20,000 nt of DNA from IMG/VR virus record IMGVR_UViG_3300030333_008421; one strand, written 5' to 3'. Numbering within the stretch: position 1 is the stretch's first letter; every line of letters starts with the position of its first letter. The notes under the pieces were generated by a model. The model saw nothing but the letters and a program-made list of their open reading frames with translations. It did not search any database and had not been told where the DNA came from. Positions 16,075-20,000 of this stretch are shown one piece after another. Made by a program: the position numbers and the translations under genes. The stretch comes from an uncultured virus (IMG/VR IMGVR_UViG_3300030333_008421) (lineage: Duplodnaviria; Heunggongvirae; Uroviricota; Caudoviricetes).

Positions 16075-18576
16075 ATGGCACAAAGAACTATTCAAAGTCC
16101 CGGTGTAGAAATTAACGAGGTCGATTTGTCGTTAGGAGCGGTAAACAAGATCGGCACTAATATCTTCGTGACCGGGTTTTCACCCCAAGGCCCTAGTGAC
16201 GAGATAGTCCAGGTATCTAGCTTATCCGAATTTGAACAAATTTACGGTAGTCCAACAAACTCTGCTGAAAGGTATTTTTATCATACAGTAGCTCAATCTT
16301 TTAATAGTAGAGCAAATATATTGGTGAACAGATTACCTTACGGTACATCTTTAGGTGACGGGTTTACCAACAAATATTTTGCAACAGTTTACCCTGTTGT
16401 ACCTGTAAACAAGAATGGTTTAGATTCCATTACCGCTGGTTTTGAATATCTATCAGCTAATATTGATGTTGCAGGTGGGCAGACAACAGCTCAATTTTCA
16501 CCGGCGTCATCAGGCGACATTGTTTATTACATGGTAGGTAAGCCGACCTTCTTAGCGCTTAGTCAAGCACAGTATAACGGAATTTTGGACGATTCTGCAA
16601 TACAATGGAGCAATGACGCATCAGTTTCTACAGGTTGGGCTGGAAACTTTTCTATCAATACCGGGGGAGCCACAGTTCGAGACCAATTATCTGCATTAGA
16701 TTATGCGGGTATTATTATTCTTAATACAGCCAAAACGACAATCAATAATAGATACGAAGGATATTATAATGTATTACTTGACAATACAAACATATATTCA
16801 ACGACTAATTATGACGACGTGGTTAAAGTTAAAGTTTCGACCGATGAGTCGACTGTAACACAGCAATATTCAGTTCTACAAGACGTACCAGATGGTCGTT
16901 TAAATTTTGCTTTAAGTGCCAATTATAATAGCGATGTAATACAGCAGAATATTTCTGAAGTAAGTGAAAAAATTACAACGTTTAACGTAGCAACGACAGC
17001 GTTTGATGATACTTTAGTTTATGGTTTATATAAACTTAGAACTTCAGTCTTTTCACCAGAGGTTATTAAGTTAGACTTTGTGTTAGAAGAAGGTTATTTC
17101 GGTAGTGTAGATTATTATAGGCAAATTAATTCTGAGCAAGGTGGTACACCAATCAGTTATTACCTACCTCAAAAGTTTGCCAATAATTCAGTGAATTCGG
17201 CAATGAAAATTAACCCGAATATTTCTGGTAAATTTAGTGGTACACAATTAACAAATGGTGGTGAACCAACACGTAAAATTCGTATTGTTACCGACGAGCT
17301 TATTAACAGAGAGTACACTGGTAATAACGCTACAAACGCATATAATGAAATAGTTGGTATGTCATCTGATGCTGTTAGCACCGTAAGTTCAGGGTCGTCA
17401 ATTTACGATACATCGAATAATACCCGAGATGTTGCTCATGGGTTTGGTGCCGGTGCTTTATTGCCAGCTGCTAAATACAGCACAACTAAATCATCTAACA
17501 ATAAGATTGGTAACATACCTGGTAAATTAGATCGTGTTTTTGATAGGTTATCTAATCAGGATATATTTGATATTGACATTTTACCTGAAGCAGGTTTAGG
17601 TACAATTAATACCACTATTCTTAATAGCACCGATTCAGAAAATGTAAGTAATGAATATTTTGATGATCGTGATTCACTTAAAGGTTTGAATCAGTTGTCA
17701 GCTACTAATGCTAACATTCCTAACCCAGGTAAGAAAACAAGAGCTGATTGGAATACAATTCAGACCAAGTTCATTAACTTAGCTGAAAATACCAGAAAGG
17801 ATTTTATCTATATTTCTGATCCAATTAGACAGATTTTTGTATTGGGTGAAAATACAAAACAAATTAACGTACCGGGGAATACGTTCCCACTTGATATCTT
17901 AGCACCAGTAAAACAGTGCTACAGTCTTATTAATACAAACTATGCAGCAGCTTATGGATCATGGGCACAAGTTTATGATAATACTGTTACAGGTCAAGTT
18001 TGGATTCCAATGTCTGGTTTAGCCGCTGCTAAGTATGCACAAACAGATGCTACTTATGCACCTTGGTATGCACCAGCTGGTTTTTCAAGAGGGTTGTTAA
18101 ACACAATTAATGATATTGCAATTTACCCGAACCAGAAACAGCGTGATTCGTTATACGACCAAGCTAACGTTAACCCAGTAGCATTCTTTCCAAGTGAAGG
18201 ATTTGTTATTTACGGACAAAAAACGTTACAGACTAAACCAAGTGCGTTTGATAGAATTAATGTAAGAAGGTTGTTCTTATATCTTGAAAAGCGTGTTAAA
18301 GAAACAGTCAAGTACTTTGTATTTGAACCTAACACATTGTTTACAAGAACAAACGTTCTTAACGTTATCAATCCTATTCTTGAAGATGCTAAGAATAATG
18401 AAGGGTTATATGATTACCTCGTTATTTGTGATGAGCGTAATAACACACCAGAAGTTATCGATGCAAATGAATTGGTTGTTGACATTTATTTGAAACCAGT
18501 TAGAGCAGCTGAGTTTATTCTTGTTAACTTTTATGCTACAAGAACAGGTCAAGATTTTAGCGAAATTGTTGGATAA
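16075..18576 (+). CDS. gp18: Contractile tail sheath protein (T4 gp18-like)
   Basis: Motifs SPGVEINEVDLS, PWYAPAGFSRG, YGQKTL, SAFDRINVRRLF, FEPN and KPVRAAEFILVNF. Confidence 0.97.
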   Translation: MAQRTIQSPGVEINEVDLSLGAVNKIGTNIFVTGFSPQGPSDEIVQVSSLSEFEQIYGSPTNSAERYFYHTVAQSFNSRANILVNRLPYGTSLGDGFTNKYFATVYPVVPVNKNGLDSITAGFEYLSANIDVAGGQTTAQFSPASSGDIVYYMVGKPTFLALSQAQYNGILDDSAIQWSNDASVSTGWAGNFSINTGGATVRDQLSALDYAGIIILNTAKTTINNRYEGYYNVLLDNTNIYSTTNYDDVVKVKVSTDESTVTQQYSVLQDVPDGRLNFALSANYNSDVIQQNISEVSEKITTFNVATTAFDDTLVYGLYKLRTSVFSPEVIKLDFVLEEGYFGSVDYYRQINSEQGGTPISYYLPQKFANNSVNSAMKINPNISGKFSGTQLTNGGEPTRKIRIVTDELINREYTGNNATNAYNEIVGMSSDAVSTVSSGSSIYDTSNNTRDVAHGFGAGALLPAAKYSTTKSSNNKIGNIPGKLDRVFDRLSNQDIFDIDILPEAGLGTINTTILNSTDSENVSNEYFDDRDSLKGLNQLSATNANIPNPGKKTRADWNTIQTKFINLAENTRKDFIYISDPIRQIFVLGENTKQINVPGNTFPLDILAPVKQCYSLINTNYAAAYGSWAQVYDNTVTGQVWIPMSGLAAAKYAQTDATYAPWYAPAGFSRGLLNTINDIAIYPNQKQRDSLYDQANVNPVAFFPSEGFVIYGQKTLQTKPSAFDRINVRRLFLYLEKRVKETVKYFVFEPNTLFTRTNVLNVINPILEDAKNNEGLYDYLVICDERNNTPEVIDANELVVDIYLKPVRAAEFILVNFYATRTGQDFSEIVG

Positions 18577-18604
18577 AACAACTGGCGAACTTGACTATGT
18601 TAAC

Positions 18605-18635
18605 AAACCCCGAATATTTTTCGGGGTTTTTGTTT
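18605..18635 (+). terminator. Rho-independent terminator after the sheath gene
   Basis: AAACCCCGAA-TATTT-TTCGGGGTTT followed by TTGTTT. Confidence 0.85.
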
Positions 18636-18643
18636 GGTTAGAT

Positions 18644-18649
18644 TAAATA
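18644..18649 (+). promoter_or_regulatory. Late promoter core TAAATA, 5 nt before ATG 18655
   Basis: TAAATA-CTATT-ATG. Confidence 0.75.
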
Positions 18650-18654
18650 CTATT

Positions 18655-19200
18655 ATGCCAGATGTACAACAGACCATTTCTGATTTTTACAGAGTAGCCC
18701 TTGAACGTGATTTCGCACGTGATTTTCAATTTCGTGTATTATCAATTGAAAACGGCGGTGCAAGTGACGTCACTTTTGATGAAGATGATTTAGTTTATTG
18801 CACCGGTGCACAGCTCCCTGAAAGAGCTATTACAAATGTTGCGGTACCTTATATGGGTCTCGAATTTAATATACCGGGTAATGCTACTTACCCAGGAAGC
18901 GGTGGATATACTTTACAGTTTTATTGCGACCAAAACTCGCAAATAAGACAAAAGTTCGAAGATATGTCCATTGATATTTTTGATGACGCAACGTCAACTG
19001 GTAATTATTTTACCCCAAGACAATCTGCTACAATTAACTTAGTACAATTAGACACTCAATTAGAGCAGGTTGCCCAATATCAATTAGTGGGTGCATCAGT
19101 TAGAAATGTCGGGGCTCTAGACTATAATATTTCTGGAGGTAGTGGTCAGTTTGTTACTTTCGGTGCAACAATGGCTTATCACTACTTCAGAAGAAGATAG
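18655..19200 (+). CDS. gp19: Tail tube protein (T4 gp19-like)
   Basis: Follows the sheath gene. Motifs FARDFQFRV, YCTGAQLP, VPYMG..FNIPG, LVQLD, VGALDY and TMAYHYF. Start set at ATG 18655. Confidence 0.85.
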   Translation: MPDVQQTISDFYRVALERDFARDFQFRVLSIENGGASDVTFDEDDLVYCTGAQLPERAITNVAVPYMGLEFNIPGNATYPGSGGYTLQFYCDQNSQIRQKFEDMSIDIFDDATSTGNYFTPRQSATINLVQLDTQLEQVAQYQLVGASVRNVGALDYNISGGSGQFVTFGATMAYHYFRRR

Positions 19201-19204
19201 TGTA

Positions 19205-19570
19205 GTGAAGTTTAAAACTAAACCTAAAGTAAAAATATTAACGGAGATTAATGACGACGCAGGTGTAGCCTACTTCAAGCTAATAAAAATTAATAAGCAT
19301 AAAAATACCGAAATAGGTGTACTTGAAGTAGACTTACGAGGCGAAGAAGAATATTTTGTAAATTCGGTACACATAATGACGACATATAGAAATAACGGTT
19401 TAGGTAAAAGACTTTACAGAACTGCTTTAAAAAAATTTGGTCAACTTAAAACTCATTATTTTGATGCGTCCGTTGATGCTCAAAGAGTATGGAGATCAAT
19501 GAGCAAAAAGTATAAATCGAGTACTGAGTTCTTCGAAGGTGTGTTGACTTTATATTATAAACCTAAATAA
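19205..19570 (+). CDS. GNAT-family acetyltransferase
   Basis: Acetyl-CoA-binding motif VHIMTTYRNNGLGKRLY and downstream SVDAQRVW. Start set at GTG 19205, after the tube gene stop. Confidence 0.75.
   Translation: MKFKTKPKVKILTEINDDAGVAYFKLIKINKHKNTEIGVLEVDLRGEEEYFVNSVHIMTTYRNNGLGKRLYRTALKKFGQLKTHYFDASVDAQRVWRSMSKKYKSSTEFFEGVLTLYYKPK
19564..19569 (+). promoter_or_regulatory. Late promoter core TAAATA, 6 nt before GTG 19576
   Basis: TAAATA-ATATTA-GTG, overlapping the GNAT stop. Confidence 0.6.
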
Positions 19571-19575
19571 TATTA

Positions 19576-20000
19576 GTGAACAACCCTTTTTCAGATGCTA
19601 TAAGAGGTTTAGGAGATAATGTTTCAAATGCATTAAAAGGACTTAACCCATTATCACAACCCTCTTTAACTTCTTTATTTGGGTTTACAGTACCGGGTAC
19701 GCCTTTAATAAGTACCAGAGATTATTTTTTATCTCAAATGGAGTCGTGGTTTACTGCTATACCATTAAGGACGCAGTGGATGGTTTTAATACAACAATAT
19801 CCAACTTTATTAACTACACAGGTAATACAGCAGCTTGAAAATACAGTTGGTAACCCAAACAATTTTGACATTAATCAAGCAGTTTCAATATTAAAGTCTT
19901 ACCCACTAAACAAAGTTATAGGTTGTTTGTTTGCTCAGGGTGTAGATATACCTCAAATGGAACAACTTGAGGTTGGTAGAGACAAAGTTTTTGGGGACAA
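19576..20000 (+). CDS. Partial ORF running off the window, probably a tail-tube-fold/baseplate junction protein (gp48/gp54-like)
   Basis: Not in the ORF track. My translation MNNPFSDAIRGLGDNVSNALKGLNPLSQPS...QWMVLI...CLFAQGVDIPQME... is open to the end. FAQGVDIP resembles the tube-fold LxxxxxLP strand. Confidence 0.6.
   Translation, partial: MNNPFSDAIRGLGDNVSNALKGLNPLSQPSLTSLFGFTVPGTPLISTRDYFLSQMESWFTAIPLRTQWMVLIQQYPTLLTTQVIQQLENTVGNPNNFDINQAVSILKSYPLNKVIGCLFAQGVDIPQMEQLEVGRDKVFGD

Noticed and set aside
2421..18493. Short opposite-strand or alternative-frame ORFs in the track (2421-2612, 3048-3293, 3453-3689, 4416-4628, 5936-6145, 6553-6759, 7550-7777, 8538-8771, 8982-9260, 9664-9909, 11326-12156 set, 12620-13090 set, 14355-14576, 17169-17381, 18284-18493)
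   Set aside because: They lie within longer, better-supported genes, have shadow-like composition, and I saw no promoter motif for them.
18634..18654. TTG start for the tail tube gene
   Set aside because: It lies in the terminator tail, upstream of the TAAATA box. ATG 18655 fits the N5 rule.
19142..19204. Longer start for the GNAT gene
   Set aside because: It overlaps the conserved tube C-terminus, so GTG 19205 is more plausible.
1..20000. Stop-codon reassignment
   Set aside because: Conserved genes are full length in the standard code, and TAA, TAG and TGA all end genes at sensible places.
1..20000. tRNA, CRISPR array, IS element or structured ncRNA
   Set aside because: All intergenic gaps are under about 80 nt and are accounted for by promoters or terminators. 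No repeat-spacer pattern or transposase was seen.

Overview
AT-rich, densely coding segment of a large T4-like (myovirus) bacteriophage genome using the standard genetic code. The left half is a replication/auxiliary block on the + strand: gp45-like sliding clamp, a putative glycosyltransferase, a plant/giant-virus-type NDP-sugar 3,5-epimerase/4-reductase next to an RmlB 4,6-dehydratase, a 5'-3' exonuclease (RNase H/FEN), a gp61-like primase and several hypotheticals. The middle is a - strand block with a gp14-like neck protein and acidic low-complexity proteins that look like head core/internal proteins. The right half is a + strand morphogenesis block: gp17 terminase, gp3-like tail completion protein, gp18 sheath, gp19 tube, a GNAT acetyltransferase and a truncated tail gene. 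The clearest signal beyond the ORF track is regulatory. Nearly every transcription unit has a promoter 5-8 nt before its start codon with no room for a Shine-Dalgarno site. Five are sigma70-like with a constant 16-nt spacer and eleven are T4-late-like TAAATA boxes, suggesting largely leaderless mRNAs. One perfect TATAAATA-N5-ATG lies inside an ORF and defines a nested in-frame isoform. All protein calls come from motif recognition by eye; no searches were run.
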